From a virus (Duplodnaviria; Caudoviricetes): a stretch of DNA of 64,000 nt. Shown here piece by piece: positions 10,646-21,453 of this stretch. Position numbers and translations under genes: made by a program. The stretch lies in the IMG/VR virus record IMGVR_UViG_3300006226_000018, positions 13,224 through 77,223 of that record; one strand, written 5' to 3'. Under the pieces are notes generated by a model. The model made no database searches and was not told where the DNA came from. It worked only from the letters and a program-made list of their open reading frames with translations. Each line of letters opens with the position of its first letter. Position 1 is the stretch's first letter.

Positions 10646-12391
10646 TTAGCCCTGTGCGAGCATCGCCGTCTGAGACGGAAGAACTTCTTCGGCAGCGGCG
10701 GCCTGCAAACATGCCTCAATGCCATCAATCTCAGGAGAGAGATCGTTGTCTTTTGCCCACTTCATCGCAACCGCGATGTCATCCTTCGTCGCCACAAAAG
10801 AACGACCGGTTTCATCGTCACGCAGCGTAATCTCACGCGCCTGCGGTTGATTGCGCATAGCAGGGGGCATATTACCTGAAAGCAGTCCACGAGTAGCCGC
10901 GCCGGGAGCCGCTGACTGCAACTTCCCGAGCACTCCCTGAATGCCGGTAAGCCCCTCGTTGATGCTCTGCATCCCCTGTTTAAACACATCCTCTGCCGAA
11001 GGCTCCGAAGATTTCTTTACCTCGATAATCCCATCAGCCTTCAACTGCTCAACAACAGATTTTGCCAACAGCTCGAAATTCTTTGCCTCGGCCTCTGCCG
11101 CAGTCTTTTGGGCGATCTCAGCAGCTTTTTGTGCATCGGCATCTGCTTTCATAGACTGCATAACCTCAGCTACGCCAGCTTTAATGCCCTCCGCAACAAC
11201 CTGTCTGATTTCCTCCGGGGTCATAAAAGATTCCTCCTTTACCTGTGCTTCCGCACTTTGGGTATTTTGGGCGTCGGCCTGAGCTGGTGGTTCAGGCGGC
11301 GTTGCTTGGTTCCCCTGTGCGTTGTCTGGAGCATTTTGTATCTGAGCAGGATTTGGTGTAGTATTCACCGGTCCTGTTGGATCACCTATTTCACGCAATT
11401 TACTTTGAATATCCAAGCGAGTTGGTGTGGTTTTGGGGTCCTCCGGCCTTGGCATGTGCCCACTCCTTCCTATTACTCGTACAGGCTCTGCCGGTACGGA
11501 TTTCTTTGTTTCCGCTTCTTCCCGCTTGGGAATTTCCAAACTTAATTTAGTATACAGTTTATCCGGCAATGTTATCTTAAACTCATCCAATGCCTTCACC
11601 GTGCGCTGCAACGCTGTTTTATACTCGGTCTTATCATATCCATCTGTTGTAGAAGAAAGATAATCCAGTACCAACAATGCGCGTCCTGCGGTATCAATTG
11701 GCAGCCGAGCATTTGTATTATCCGCATACTTCGATTTCTCAGCAGGATACGTATATATTCCAAGTTTCTTCATACCGTCCAACCGAGCTTCAAATGTTTT
11801 GGCAGCCTCTTTACTGGCTAAATTCGGTATAGCATCGGCAATCGCGTCCAACGTACTTCCACTGCCAACCAATTTCCAGTCAACATAAGAAGTCATGGAG
11901 AAGCCGGTATATTCTCCGCTGAGAACCTTCTCCCACGTCTGTGTATTATCGAACTGAACGCCGAACCACCAGCCACCCGGTATACCGCCAATAGAACCTG
12001 TATAGTCAATGGCTGATGCAACGACATGAGCGTTCTCGAAGAAAAGGTAATGTTCTTCACCAACACCGCTGCCCCACGCTGTACCGTTATGAATATTCTT
12101 CATAAACGTGTTCTGCGCGGTTTCTATGTCGCGGAGGTTTAGCATATCGCCGTAATAATCCTGAATCCACGGTGCGCTGGCATATCCAAACGCCTGCCGA
12201 CGCTCGACATGCTGCAAAGGAATACCAAGTGTTACTTGCGCTTCTTTGGTATCCCCCAATTGAACCTTTTGTGGGAGTGCGCGTAAATTGAGAAATTTAG
12301 CCACCGGCACAGCGGGAGACCCGCATACGGTAACTTCCACTGCTTCCGGGTCCATCATTCTATATTGAGTAATCTTCGTTTCGTCTCCCAT
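10646..12391 (-). CDS. XkdF-like prohead serine protease fused to a scaffold
   Basis: FGYAS...DYYGD...GWWFGVQFDNTQTWEKVLSGEYTGFSM XkdF-type motifs; Pro/Gln/Ala-rich linker and helical C-terminus. Confidence 0.8.
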   Translation of the reverse strand: MGDETKITQYRMMDPEAVEVTVCGSPAVPVAKFLNLRALPQKVQLGDTKEAQVTLGIPLQHVERRQAFGYASAPWIQDYYGDMLNLRDIETAQNTFMKNIHNGTAWGSGVGEEHYLFFENAHVVASAIDYTGSIGGIPGGWWFGVQFDNTQTWEKVLSGEYTGFSMTSYVDWKLVGSGSTLDAIADAIPNLASKEAAKTFEARLDGMKKLGIYTYPAEKSKYADNTNARLPIDTAGRALLVLDYLSSTTDGYDKTEYKTALQRTVKALDEFKITLPDKLYTKLSLEIPKREEAETKKSVPAEPVRVIGRSGHMPRPEDPKTTPTRLDIQSKLREIGDPTGPVNTTPNPAQIQNAPDNAQGNQATPPEPPAQADAQNTQSAEAQVKEESFMTPEEIRQVVAEGIKAGVAEVMQSMKADADAQKAAEIAQKTAAEAEAKNFELLAKSVVEQLKADGIIEVKKSSEPSAEDVFKQGMQSINEGLTGIQGVLGKLQSAAPGAATRGLLSGNMPPAMRNQPQAREITLRDDETGRSFVATKDDIAVAMKWAKDNDLSPEIDGIEACLQAAAAEEVLPSQTAMLAQG

Positions 12392-12427
12392 TACAGTTCC
12401 CCTCCGTAATAAATCAATATTATCATG

Positions 12428-14059
12428 CTATATCTCGTAAAAGTCGGCTTCTTCCACCAACTTACGATAACGGTTTAAAAGTGTAGTGATAGTCTGCTGT
12501 ACCGACCCTGCATCTATTACTTGAGCTTCAACCGCTTTTGTTGTAGAATCAATTACTTGTTTAATAGCAACTGCCTCTGATGCCCTCGCCATAGCGTTAA
12601 TTTGGCGTATAGTAGCAATCTCTCTTTCCGATGTAAGTTCGAGTTCGACCCACTTAAAAACAACTCCATGCATATCAAATCCATATTTCATGATGAAATT
12701 CATAATATTGGCCAAACGTACTTGGTGCGGCTTAATAACTTTCAACAAGAAATTCTTCGACTGCTGTTCACCGTTAGAACGGTTAGCATCTTCCCACAAG
12801 CCAATCTCTGTAGGTGGCACTCGATGTACAGAAGCAATAGCTTCACGATTCATTTCCTTGTACGCAAGGAAACTGGCTTCATTGGGCTGGGAGTCTAACT
12901 TTTGAAATGTTGCTTTAAAACCTCGGTTAAGAGGAATAACAATAGACCGATGCGCCTCCGATTTGACCTCAGTGGCAAGAAATCGCTTGATTCGGGCTGT
13001 AACTTCGTCCGTGACACGACCGCCTTCAATCGTAATAGCATATCTTGGAACAGCGTTATTACGAAAAAACTGCAAATTGTAAATATCAGCAGCGTTATCC
13101 CCAAATAAAGTAGGCAGTACCGATAACACGTCCGCAGTCCCATAATAAGGGTCTGTTGAAATGACGATGTTGCGTTCCTCAACCATCGCATGATAGCCTA
13201 TTTCCCCCCTGTCTCCCGGTTCCACATACTGAATATATTCGGAAGGTTCTATTTCAGCCATAAAGCGCGGCATGACAGTAATACGCTCTCCAAATGTCGT
13301 AAACGCAAATTCCGGGGGCATACTCCGCTGAATGATTAACGGCAGCGTACAGTGCTTAAAACATGTGGTAGTTGAAACAGGATAGATACAATCAATGTCC
13401 CCGCCATACTGAAATACTATTTCCAGATTCAAATTACCTGTGCTGAAAAAATCATGTGAGATTTGCTCAAATATATCGGGAATCATCAAACCTGTTTTCC
13501 GATATATCCGTTCTTCAAACGCATTGAAGCGTTTTAAATCTTCATTCGCCACTCCGCGCTGCATTTTGCGTATCGGTATTATCTCGTAACCTAACTGCGT
13601 AGTTGCTTTTGACTTGGCATCGACACACGCATAATGCCACGGATTGGAATACAGTAGCGAATGAACCAATTGAAGATTTATGCGCGGTTCTATAACCTGA
13701 ATCCCACGTGACAACAATAGTGTTGTATTACCACCTGCATATCCGCCACCCCATACCGATATAGGTGAATACAGACTTGGATCAAGATTATTATTGTATC
13801 CTTCATACGATTGAGTTTTATATCTGGAATACGGGGCAAACTGACGCTCCATTTGCGCAAAAGCATCTGCGGTCAAGTTTGTCTCCATGAGATCATACGT
13901 CGGCAATTCACCGTAACTCTTACCAAGCGTCGGTTCTGCTATAAACGTAGTAACCCCATCGGGAGTAGTGTGCATAGTACCAGAAACATCACCGGGAGTT
14001 ATTGGCTGTTCTATCGCGACTGTTAATCTTTCTGGCGCATCTGCCACCTTACTTCCCAC
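12428..14059 (-). CDS. Portal protein (PBSX/XkdE-like)
   Basis: FFRNNAVPRYAI...EASFLAYKEMNREAIASVHRVPP...NRSNGEQQ motifs; follows terL. Confidence 0.9.
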   Translation of the reverse strand: MGSKVADAPERLTVAIEQPITPGDVSGTMHTTPDGVTTFIAEPTLGKSYGELPTYDLMETNLTADAFAQMERQFAPYSRYKTQSYEGYNNNLDPSLYSPISVWGGGYAGGNTTLLLSRGIQVIEPRINLQLVHSLLYSNPWHYACVDAKSKATTQLGYEIIPIRKMQRGVANEDLKRFNAFEERIYRKTGLMIPDIFEQISHDFFSTGNLNLEIVFQYGGDIDCIYPVSTTTCFKHCTLPLIIQRSMPPEFAFTTFGERITVMPRFMAEIEPSEYIQYVEPGDRGEIGYHAMVEERNIVISTDPYYGTADVLSVLPTLFGDNAADIYNLQFFRNNAVPRYAITIEGGRVTDEVTARIKRFLATEVKSEAHRSIVIPLNRGFKATFQKLDSQPNEASFLAYKEMNREAIASVHRVPPTEIGLWEDANRSNGEQQSKNFLLKVIKPHQVRLANIMNFIMKYGFDMHGVVFKWVELELTSEREIATIRQINAMARASEAVAIKQVIDSTTKAVEAQVIDAGSVQQTITTLLNRYRKLVEEADFYEI

Positions 14060-14061
14060 CC

Positions 14062-15849
14062 TTACGTATAAACCTTATCGAGCACTTGACCAAAGTTTAC
14101 GAACTCCATGCACAAATATCTAATACAGTCCGCAAAATGGAAAAGCGTTTTTCTGCGTATAGTTCCCATGTTATCCCGTGCATACTTCGATAAGTCACTG
14201 GCACAGTATGTGCAGGATTTATCAAAGTATAACTGATTTGCTCCAAGTCGGGATTTTACAGCTTCAATTCCTTCATCCAATTTATTTTCTGCGGGTATGC
14301 AACAAAACCCGGCAACCTCCATATCGGACAGCAGAGTTAAGCCCGATGGGTCACAAATGAAGTAATCCACGTCATACGCATCATGCGCGGTAATTAAGAA
14401 GTCCTGTATATAAATAGACGGAGCTATTCGTTCCACCCTTATTTCATCAAATACATACAGCACGTCCTCAATTTCCTGCACAAAGATCGTTGCGGGACAG
14501 GTATACCCAGCATCTTGAGCCGCATACACGGGTATCGTGGGGCAATAAGCCACCGAAGCTCCTTCACCAGTTTCGCTGTTTTTTCTTTCAGGAAATGAAG
14601 CATAAGCAACATCCATCCCCAATTCTCGTAAAATTTTTTCATAATCCACTATATGCCGATTTTTTGAGAACATCGTGTAAATCAAATCTTTTTTGCCGGG
14701 ACGAGTACATTCATGCTGGGCTATCCATATTTCCAAGTCAAGATTTCGCACCTTAGAATGAATGTCGTCCAACTGGATAACACCGCCATGAGAATATCGA
14801 GCCTTGCCCAAACAACGTGGAGGAACCACTTGCATCATAGGGCACTCCAGACACGTTTCAGGCACATTCATTATCTTCTGGCGGTTCAGCATGTCCGGCA
14901 CCGGGATATACTTTGTACAGCCGTCTGGCATGTGACAGCGTTGAACTGCGTCCCATACGTTCCATTGATATACCGTAAACCCGCGCTCTTTGGATTCATC
15001 AATCATTTTCTGCATTGTGCCGGTGGAATACTTACGTGTGGAAGTCAATCGGGTAGCCTGTTTATAATTTGCGTGTAGCGCACCCATCTTACTGCCGGAA
15101 GTAGCAATATTCATGGCTTCCTGCAATACTTCCCAATTCATTAACTCAACTTCATCTATTGAGATTTTTGTCGAGTGAGACGAATTAACCCCCGCCACCG
15201 TACCAATCAGTATTTTTATCATGCTGCCATTTTTAAACTGACAGCGTTGCATGGTCATCTTCTTTGCGTCCACATGATGTGAGAACAGCGGATGACGTAG
15301 AAATCGAAGAATATAGTCATAACACGCATACGCCTGATCTTTTACCGCTGCAAGATGTGACAGCTCTATACCGGGTTTGAATATAGCGTCCAAAAACAAC
15401 AACGTAGCCATAGCCAATGTCTTGCCGGAAAAACGTGAGCCCAGCAATATACAATCCTGTGTACGCTCGAAGAATTGATCTGCGATGAATTTGAAATGAT
15501 ACGAATGTTCCGGCTGCAAATCATTCGGTTTCAAAGCAAACGGCGGTATTAAACCGTTTCGCTCTAAGCAGATGTGCAGCCAGAACGCCAGCTCAACATC
15601 ATCTTGCGGTGTTTCCCGAGACAATGTTTCGTCCAATCCGGGAGCACCGACAATCGTTACACCGCTGTTAAAATATTCTTCCGCTTGCGCCCGTAAATCA
15701 GTCGCGCTGAGTGGACGTGTAACCTTGGAAGTCTGCAAAGCATCGTCCCAAGGCAATTTTCCACCCTTCCGGCGACTAAGTGGCGTAGTAGTACGTCGGT
15801 CCATTATTCCCGTATGATGATGTTTCATGTTCGATGTCGATTGATTCAT
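14062..15849 (-). CDS. terL: Terminase large subunit
   Basis: Walker A GSRFSGKT, Walker B ISIDE, nuclease acidic motifs QDAGY, CDPSG, HFADCIRY. Confidence 0.92.
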   Translation of the reverse strand: MNQSTSNMKHHHTGIMDRRTTTPLSRRKGGKLPWDDALQTSKVTRPLSATDLRAQAEEYFNSGVTIVGAPGLDETLSRETPQDDVELAFWLHICLERNGLIPPFALKPNDLQPEHSYHFKFIADQFFERTQDCILLGSRFSGKTLAMATLLFLDAIFKPGIELSHLAAVKDQAYACYDYILRFLRHPLFSHHVDAKKMTMQRCQFKNGSMIKILIGTVAGVNSSHSTKISIDEVELMNWEVLQEAMNIATSGSKMGALHANYKQATRLTSTRKYSTGTMQKMIDESKERGFTVYQWNVWDAVQRCHMPDGCTKYIPVPDMLNRQKIMNVPETCLECPMMQVVPPRCLGKARYSHGGVIQLDDIHSKVRNLDLEIWIAQHECTRPGKKDLIYTMFSKNRHIVDYEKILRELGMDVAYASFPERKNSETGEGASVAYCPTIPVYAAQDAGYTCPATIFVQEIEDVLYVFDEIRVERIAPSIYIQDFLITAHDAYDVDYFICDPSGLTLLSDMEVAGFCCIPAENKLDEGIEAVKSRLGANQLYFDKSCTYCASDLSKYARDNMGTIRRKTLFHFADCIRYLCMEFVNFGQVLDKVYT

Positions 15850-16043
15850 ATATCAAAAGTTCTTTCCGTCGCTCGTTGTATCAGTAATTTATTTGCTTCA
15901 TCGGAATACAGCTTACCTTCACTCAATATACGACGTGTTTGTTCGGTTTTTACCCGAGCATTCTCCATTTCCTCCGAAGCAGGCTGCACATAGCTCGCAC
16001 AAAACCTACCAAACAGTGAATGTACCGTTAGCATGTTAAGCAC
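15846..16043 (-). CDS. Small hypothetical protein
   Basis: 65 aa, stop overlaps the terL start. Confidence 0.45.
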   Translation of the reverse strand: MLNMLTVHSLFGRFCASYVQPASEEMENARVKTEQTRRILSEGKLYSDEANKLLIQRATERTFDI

Positions 16044-16060
16044 CCCTAATTGTATTTTAC

Positions 16061-16834
16061 CTAAATTTTATATTCGTTAGCCAAGTATTTGTTAAGTTCA
16101 TCATAAACCTCAGAAGATATGTTATTTACCTTCTGCATTAACAAACGAGGCCACACATCTTTTGGCATAGTGCGCAGCTCACTGGACTGAATATATAAAA
16201 AAACATCGTCAATGCACTTCTTAAAGCTCTGGTCCACGTAACTGTCATTGAAAAATACATGCTGTTTTATCAGCGTCATCATCATCGTGTCGAGATAAAT
16301 CTGACACATTTGCATGTACGGATTAAGATCAGACATCTTTTCCTTCAATGCCAGCTCATCACATGCCGGAATAAGCGTCTGAATCAATTTCAATTTAAAC
16401 GCTTCCATGAAAATTGGCAAAAGCACAATCACATGCTGAATGGAAAGTCGAGAGGAAATTACAGCATAGATTTCTTTATTGATTTTCAACTGCGTTACCG
16501 ACAATTCAGCGATACGATGCATCTGATCCACTTGCTCGCAATACTCGGCATGATGTTCCTTTGCGAGATTCCGCTGTTGCTGTTGAATCGTGTATAAGTA
16601 TCGTACAAATGAAAATGCCGCTGAAACGCCGACGATTATGCCCCATACGTATAAATGCTCCGGGTCATATTTACCCATAAGTAATGTACTCATCCACGCC
16701 AATACAATGACACCGGGCAACCCAACCAATTGCAATAACGCAGTAATATACTGCAATGCTGGTAGATGTTCGCCTGCGAGGTCTAGCCGTTTGCTGGAAG
16801 GTCTATTGGTGGAATCCCCATCTTCCTTACTCAC
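16061..16834 (-). CDS. Membrane protein (two N-terminal TM helices; holin-like candidate)
   Basis: Two hydrophobic segments then a helical soluble domain; no holin family recognised. Confidence 0.5.
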   Translation of the reverse strand: MSKEDGDSTNRPSSKRLDLAGEHLPALQYITALLQLVGLPGVIVLAWMSTLLMGKYDPEHLYVWGIIVGVSAAFSFVRYLYTIQQQQRNLAKEHHAEYCEQVDQMHRIAELSVTQLKINKEIYAVISSRLSIQHVIVLLPIFMEAFKLKLIQTLIPACDELALKEKMSDLNPYMQMCQIYLDTMMMTLIKQHVFFNDSYVDQSFKKCIDDVFLYIQSSELRTMPKDVWPRLLMQKVNNISSEVYDELNKYLANEYKI

Positions 16835-16849
16835 AGTAATTTTCCTTTC

Positions 16850-19423
16850 TTAGACAATCGCCCCACCCAATAAAACAACCCTTAAATCCTCTAAGGGGCG
16901 ATCCGTCGTATTCTCAATAAATAAAGCCCCTGTTACCATTGTGACAGTAACGGAATTACCAGCTACCTTATAGTCATTATACAAGAGCGGCGCATAAGCC
17001 CCCTGCTCAACTGTTTGATATTTCAATAATAAATCAATATCCCAATATACAGTTTCATCAGTCGATTCGATGAATAAAACATAATACAAAGAATTATCCC
17101 CGCTTACTCGAATATCGTTAAGCACTGATAAATCCTGAGCTAACGCAGGGAAACTCGTGCGCGGATGTTCTACAAATCCTCCCGGTGTCCAAACCAATAG
17201 TGTGCTTGGCGTGGCAAAACTTGGTGTAAATGAAAAAGCAATTTTCACCGTTACACCGGGGGGTAAATTCATAGCATTAAAGTTGAAATTAAACGCATAC
17301 TGTGACGATACACCGATGTACACTCCCACGTTCGGCAGCGTCCAAAATTCAGCAGTCCCAACCCAATATATCCGTTTGTTCGCCATCGACACTAAATTCG
17401 CTCTCCCGGTGCTGCCATCTTCAAATATTGCCACGCCACGATTAAATGCTGTAAACGTAGACTCACACCTGTGCGCAAGATATTTGGCATACCCGGCAAA
17501 CAGCTCAGGACCACGAATAAATATCACTCCGGGAGTGTCTATAGATAAGTTTGTCGTCCAAAACGCATTTTCTACAGAACTCTTAACACCACCTGTAGCG
17601 AAAGATACAAAATGGTCGGGCCATGTCACTATATCGGTTGCTGTGTCTGGTAACATCTGGTTAAACACAGGGGGATTAGCGGGATTCATTATGTCGTATA
17701 CTTCGAGGTGATTGTCGTTTAAAAACAAGAAGTACGCGAATGTACCATCACACTTGAAGCGAATATCTTCCAACGGCACTGTGGGATACGTCGATGCCGT
17801 AAACGTACACATTACCGTCCATGTAACACTTACCGGCAGGTCCAGTAATGCTCCCCAAACCAACTGAATACAGCCGCCGTCATCTATTGCGCGGATTATT
17901 TGTCCCTGCACCAAGAAAATCATGCCGGTAAGCATCGTTTCGCTGCCGGAGCGGACAAGCGTTGTAGTTTCAGTAATGGGATCAAAGGTATGAAACCGAT
18001 AATTCCCCATCATTCTGTCCATTACCACAAACGCCATCATGGGTTCATTCCAGAATATATCGCGTAACTCTGACCAAGAATTGAAGAACAGCGAAGTATT
18101 TAGCTGTTCTTCCCACCAAAAATGATCTGCATCGAATCGTACTTTTGCTCGCAATATCGAACCATCGGTATAACCAAGCGGTGCGCCTGTATAGGCCAAA
18201 AATTCATTACCATCATATGGGTCAAACTCAAAATCTTTTACCGTACCGTCAGATATTTTCTCGTATATCGTTATCAAATGTGTTGCCGGTACATTGAAAT
18301 ATGGATTCACAATCGACCATGTTTCCCCAATATTTAATGTTCCGGGGTATGACATGTCCCGGATAGTAAGTGTGCGCGCCTGTAATGCCAACGTATGACG
18401 GTCCACGCGCATTGCACTGAGATTATCTCCAAAGATAAGCCGCAAAACAAAACTATCGCTGGCCTCAACAAATTTTTCTTCATCACCCGGAGGTAATAAT
18501 ATGTCACCTTCGAGCAATATCCGTTTTATAACAGGGGTCATGCCTATTATCGCCCGGCGCAGCGTAGGCGTAGTGTGCGTTGCTAAATATAATGGAGACT
18601 TAACATCAGCGATTTGTATTTCCTGTGCTACATATTTTGTAGTTTCCGATTCATCGGTCATATACACTTTGCTGTTATTCGGCAAATACTCATGTGGTAC
18701 TCGCCCGGTATCCTCATCTAATGGAGCGACCGATACTCCCAGCATAGCCCGTGTCAGAAAATCAGCCGCCGCCACACCACCCAGCCGTAACGCATTACGA
18801 GCTTCCAATACTTCGTCGGCTGTTTTATGCACATGGTCCCCAAAATCAGGTTTATCAATTATCTGACTCCACATGATTCTGGCTTGCGAATTTATTTCGG
18901 GGTCGGCCAGCAATATACATACCAATCCGGTACATGGAACAGTAAACGTGCATGTTACTTCCATTTCTGATACAGATATATGCGACGAATCAACCAACTT
19001 ACCATCTACCCAACAATCAGCTATTAGTGCTACAGTACCAAGGTCGTGAGTAAATTTCCATACATACGCAGGCGTAGTCTGTTGATATACACGAGAATGA
19101 TAATCAGTATCGAGACAGCGGTAAATACACACACGTCCATATGCCATACTATCCCACGTAATAGTAATATTGTTCAAATCGTTCTGTATTACAGTTAAAT
19201 ACTTAGCATTTGGCGTTACAAGCGGGTCTACCCAAAAATCAAGCAATAAAGACTTGGCACAAAGTTTATGATTTATTTTCCATTCATAGCCGGAGTATGT
19301 GCGAGTAAATCTACTGCTCCCCATCTGTACTTGGGTAGCTTCATCGAAAAGCTGGTCATCCGGCCATCTGTCAGGAGGACGTGAATATGTTTTTAGAAAT
19401 GGTGGTCCTGCGGGGATAGCCAT
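16850..19423 (-). CDS. Large beta-rich putative virion (fibre/appendage) protein
   Basis: 857 aa; VWKFTHDLG module and PLDEDTGRVPHEYLP fibre-like motif. Confidence 0.55.
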   Translation of the reverse strand: MAIPAGPPFLKTYSRPPDRWPDDQLFDEATQVQMGSSRFTRTYSGYEWKINHKLCAKSLLLDFWVDPLVTPNAKYLTVIQNDLNNITITWDSMAYGRVCIYRCLDTDYHSRVYQQTTPAYVWKFTHDLGTVALIADCWVDGKLVDSSHISVSEMEVTCTFTVPCTGLVCILLADPEINSQARIMWSQIIDKPDFGDHVHKTADEVLEARNALRLGGVAAADFLTRAMLGVSVAPLDEDTGRVPHEYLPNNSKVYMTDESETTKYVAQEIQIADVKSPLYLATHTTPTLRRAIIGMTPVIKRILLEGDILLPPGDEEKFVEASDSFVLRLIFGDNLSAMRVDRHTLALQARTLTIRDMSYPGTLNIGETWSIVNPYFNVPATHLITIYEKISDGTVKDFEFDPYDGNEFLAYTGAPLGYTDGSILRAKVRFDADHFWWEEQLNTSLFFNSWSELRDIFWNEPMMAFVVMDRMMGNYRFHTFDPITETTTLVRSGSETMLTGMIFLVQGQIIRAIDDGGCIQLVWGALLDLPVSVTWTVMCTFTASTYPTVPLEDIRFKCDGTFAYFLFLNDNHLEVYDIMNPANPPVFNQMLPDTATDIVTWPDHFVSFATGGVKSSVENAFWTTNLSIDTPGVIFIRGPELFAGYAKYLAHRCESTFTAFNRGVAIFEDGSTGRANLVSMANKRIYWVGTAEFWTLPNVGVYIGVSSQYAFNFNFNAMNLPPGVTVKIAFSFTPSFATPSTLLVWTPGGFVEHPRTSFPALAQDLSVLNDIRVSGDNSLYYVLFIESTDETVYWDIDLLLKYQTVEQGAYAPLLYNDYKVAGNSVTVTMVTGALFIENTTDRPLEDLRVVLLGGAIV

Positions 19424-19746
19424 CTATACATCACCTCAGAATATGGCCAGTGTACATAACAGTCACAAATGACCCGTGCAATCCACAGTTCATCCTCCCT
19501 CATATAATATCTCAATGCAAACCAGTTTCTACCATCCCATGTATGCGGGTCCTTCGGCGGCAGTATCTCAGGATAATACAGCGGAGAGTGAACCGGCCTC
19601 TGCGCGATACGCCGGGAAGGATAATACATATCTTCAACACGTATGTTATCAATGTAGTAATACCAAGACAGGACGGGTCTACCGTCAACATCCATAGTCC
19701 CTGATCGATAATTCTGTAAAACCATTCGACCAAAGAAATCAGTCAT
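19393..19746 (-). CDS. Hypothetical protein
   Basis: 117 aa, coupled in the operon. Confidence 0.5.
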   Translation of the reverse strand: MTDFFGRMVLQNYRSGTMDVDGRPVLSWYYYIDNIRVEDMYYPSRRIAQRPVHSPLYYPEILPPKDPHTWDGRNWFALRYYMREDELWIARVICDCYVHWPYSEVMYRWLSPQDHHF

Positions 19747-20371
19747 TTACAGTTTCTTCCACCTGTTCCGCTTCTTCAACTTCCATAATTTCTTCAATCT
19801 CATGCACAGCATCCAAATATGGATTCTCATCGGGGTCCCACGCCACAACACCCTGATTAAACGCAATCATTTCATTCATATCTTCATCAAATTCTTGAAT
19901 TATACCCAACTGCGCATCCAAACATTGCTCGACCATCGGCCAATAATCCTTGCACACTTCCCCCGCCAAATTATTGATGGCCTGTATAGTATTATCATCA
20001 ATCAATCCTTCAAATCCCTCGGGCAGCGTAAACGGCATTAATTTCTTCTCACGCTTCATTTGCTCAATTTGAGCGCACTGTCTTTTCACACCCCCTTTAT
20101 ACTCTATACCCTGTCTTGCTGTTTTAGCACGAATAGTTTTCATCCACTCATTCATACTTATTTTTCGTGCCCCGCGCACCTCCCGCCGCTCCCTGCCGGT
20201 CAGCGAATCAGTAAGCACCTGCGCCAGCGAATCCAACGGCACCTGTTTTCCTCTATTACCCCGCCGCCGTCTCCGCTCGCTGGGCCTAGAAATCTCAGGA
20301 GCATCAGGAATATCTCGGTTAATATCCTCTAACATCTGTTCGATGAGATTATCAAGTTTTTCAAAATCCAT
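19739..20371 (-). CDS. Hypothetical protein
   Basis: 210 aa, coupled in the operon. Confidence 0.6.
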   Translation of the reverse strand: MDFEKLDNLIEQMLEDINRDIPDAPEISRPSERRRRRGNRGKQVPLDSLAQVLTDSLTGRERREVRGARKISMNEWMKTIRAKTARQGIEYKGGVKRQCAQIEQMKREKKLMPFTLPEGFEGLIDDNTIQAINNLAGEVCKDYWPMVEQCLDAQLGIIQEFDEDMNEMIAFNQGVVAWDPDENPYLDAVHEIEEIMEVEEAEQVEETVND

Positions 20372-21022
20372 TTAATCCACCCTCAATTCCCGCTCCAATT
20401 CTGTGTCCAAATCTTCTAAATCCACATTCAACCCGTAATCATAACTATCGGACGGCGTTGCCAACCCTTCCTCCACCATCCGCTCAATCAGCTTATCAAC
20501 ATACTGCCGGGGCACAATCTCCCGCAACAACTCAAACACCCGAATCATCGCCTGTTGATTATCCAGCAGCGCCCACAGCGTTTGTCCCTTATACGCCGCG
20601 CCAAGTATCTTCGACTTTCTATCCATCGCCCGAAATACATCAGCCACATGAATAGCCGCTCCCTCAGCAGCCATCATATTAGTAAATCCTGTCTGTATTA
20701 TATAATCGAGCACTTCGGTGTCATTACGCACAGCGGATTCAGGATTCACTCCAATATCAGACAAATCCTGCACCCGCATTTCTTCCTGCCGCAGCCTGTA
20801 ATCCTTGATATAAACGTTAAGAGAAGTTATTCCAAACTCATCAAAATCCGGGTCCTTGCGCGTAATCTCCTGCATCATCTCCCGCGCTGACGAACCAAAC
20901 AATATCCAGCTATCAATCTGCTCCCTCCACGCAGACCTGCGTATAAGATCAGCTCCCTTACCAATCGCCGCTTCCCTCACACCACGTATAGTCTGCCGCC
21001 TGCCGCTTCCTTGCCCCCCCAT
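20372..21022 (-). CDS. Candidate terminase small subunit
   Basis: 216 aa; MGGQGSGRR N-terminus, HTH-like region and acidic tail; assignment mostly by style and position. Confidence 0.4.
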   Translation of the reverse strand: MGGQGSGRRQTIRGVREAAIGKGADLIRRSAWREQIDSWILFGSSAREMMQEITRKDPDFDEFGITSLNVYIKDYRLRQEEMRVQDLSDIGVNPESAVRNDTEVLDYIIQTGFTNMMAAEGAAIHVADVFRAMDRKSKILGAAYKGQTLWALLDNQQAMIRVFELLREIVPRQYVDKLIERMVEEGLATPSDSYDYGLNVDLEDLDTELERELRVD

Positions 21023-21453
21023 TACTTATCAACCTTCCTTATACACAGCTCCAGCAAATGCGGGTGTAAATGAATATTCCCCAGCACCTTTGAAAACTCC
21101 GGCACAATCTTAATAAGAAACTTCTTATTCCAATCCTCCATCGCCGCATAAAATCCCCGAAACTTCTTGCTGAACACAATCACCCGATACTTCTTCTCAT
21201 TCGTATCAGGAGCCGTCACCTCAATAATATCCCCCTCAAACATCCAAACCCCTTCACGGTCAGGCTCCCCCACACACTGTCCAATCGTCCCCGAGCTAAT
21301 CTGAAACCGCCCATCATCATTCACAATATACGTACACCCATTATGAAAATCTTCTTCCAAATGCCCAATCTCCATCGTATCCATAACACCCGACAGCATC
21401 AATTGCCCCCGAAACAAATACCTCTTGTCATATCGCGTTTTCAACCCTGCCAC
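21022..21453 (-). CDS. YopX family protein
   Basis: FRG...GQCVGEPDREGVWMFEGDII motif. Confidence 0.75.
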   Translation of the reverse strand: MAGLKTRYDKRYLFRGQLMLSGVMDTMEIGHLEEDFHNGCTYIVNDDGRFQISSGTIGQCVGEPDREGVWMFEGDIIEVTAPDTNEKKYRVIVFSKKFRGFYAAMEDWNKKFLIKIVPEFSKVLGNIHLHPHLLELCIRKVDK

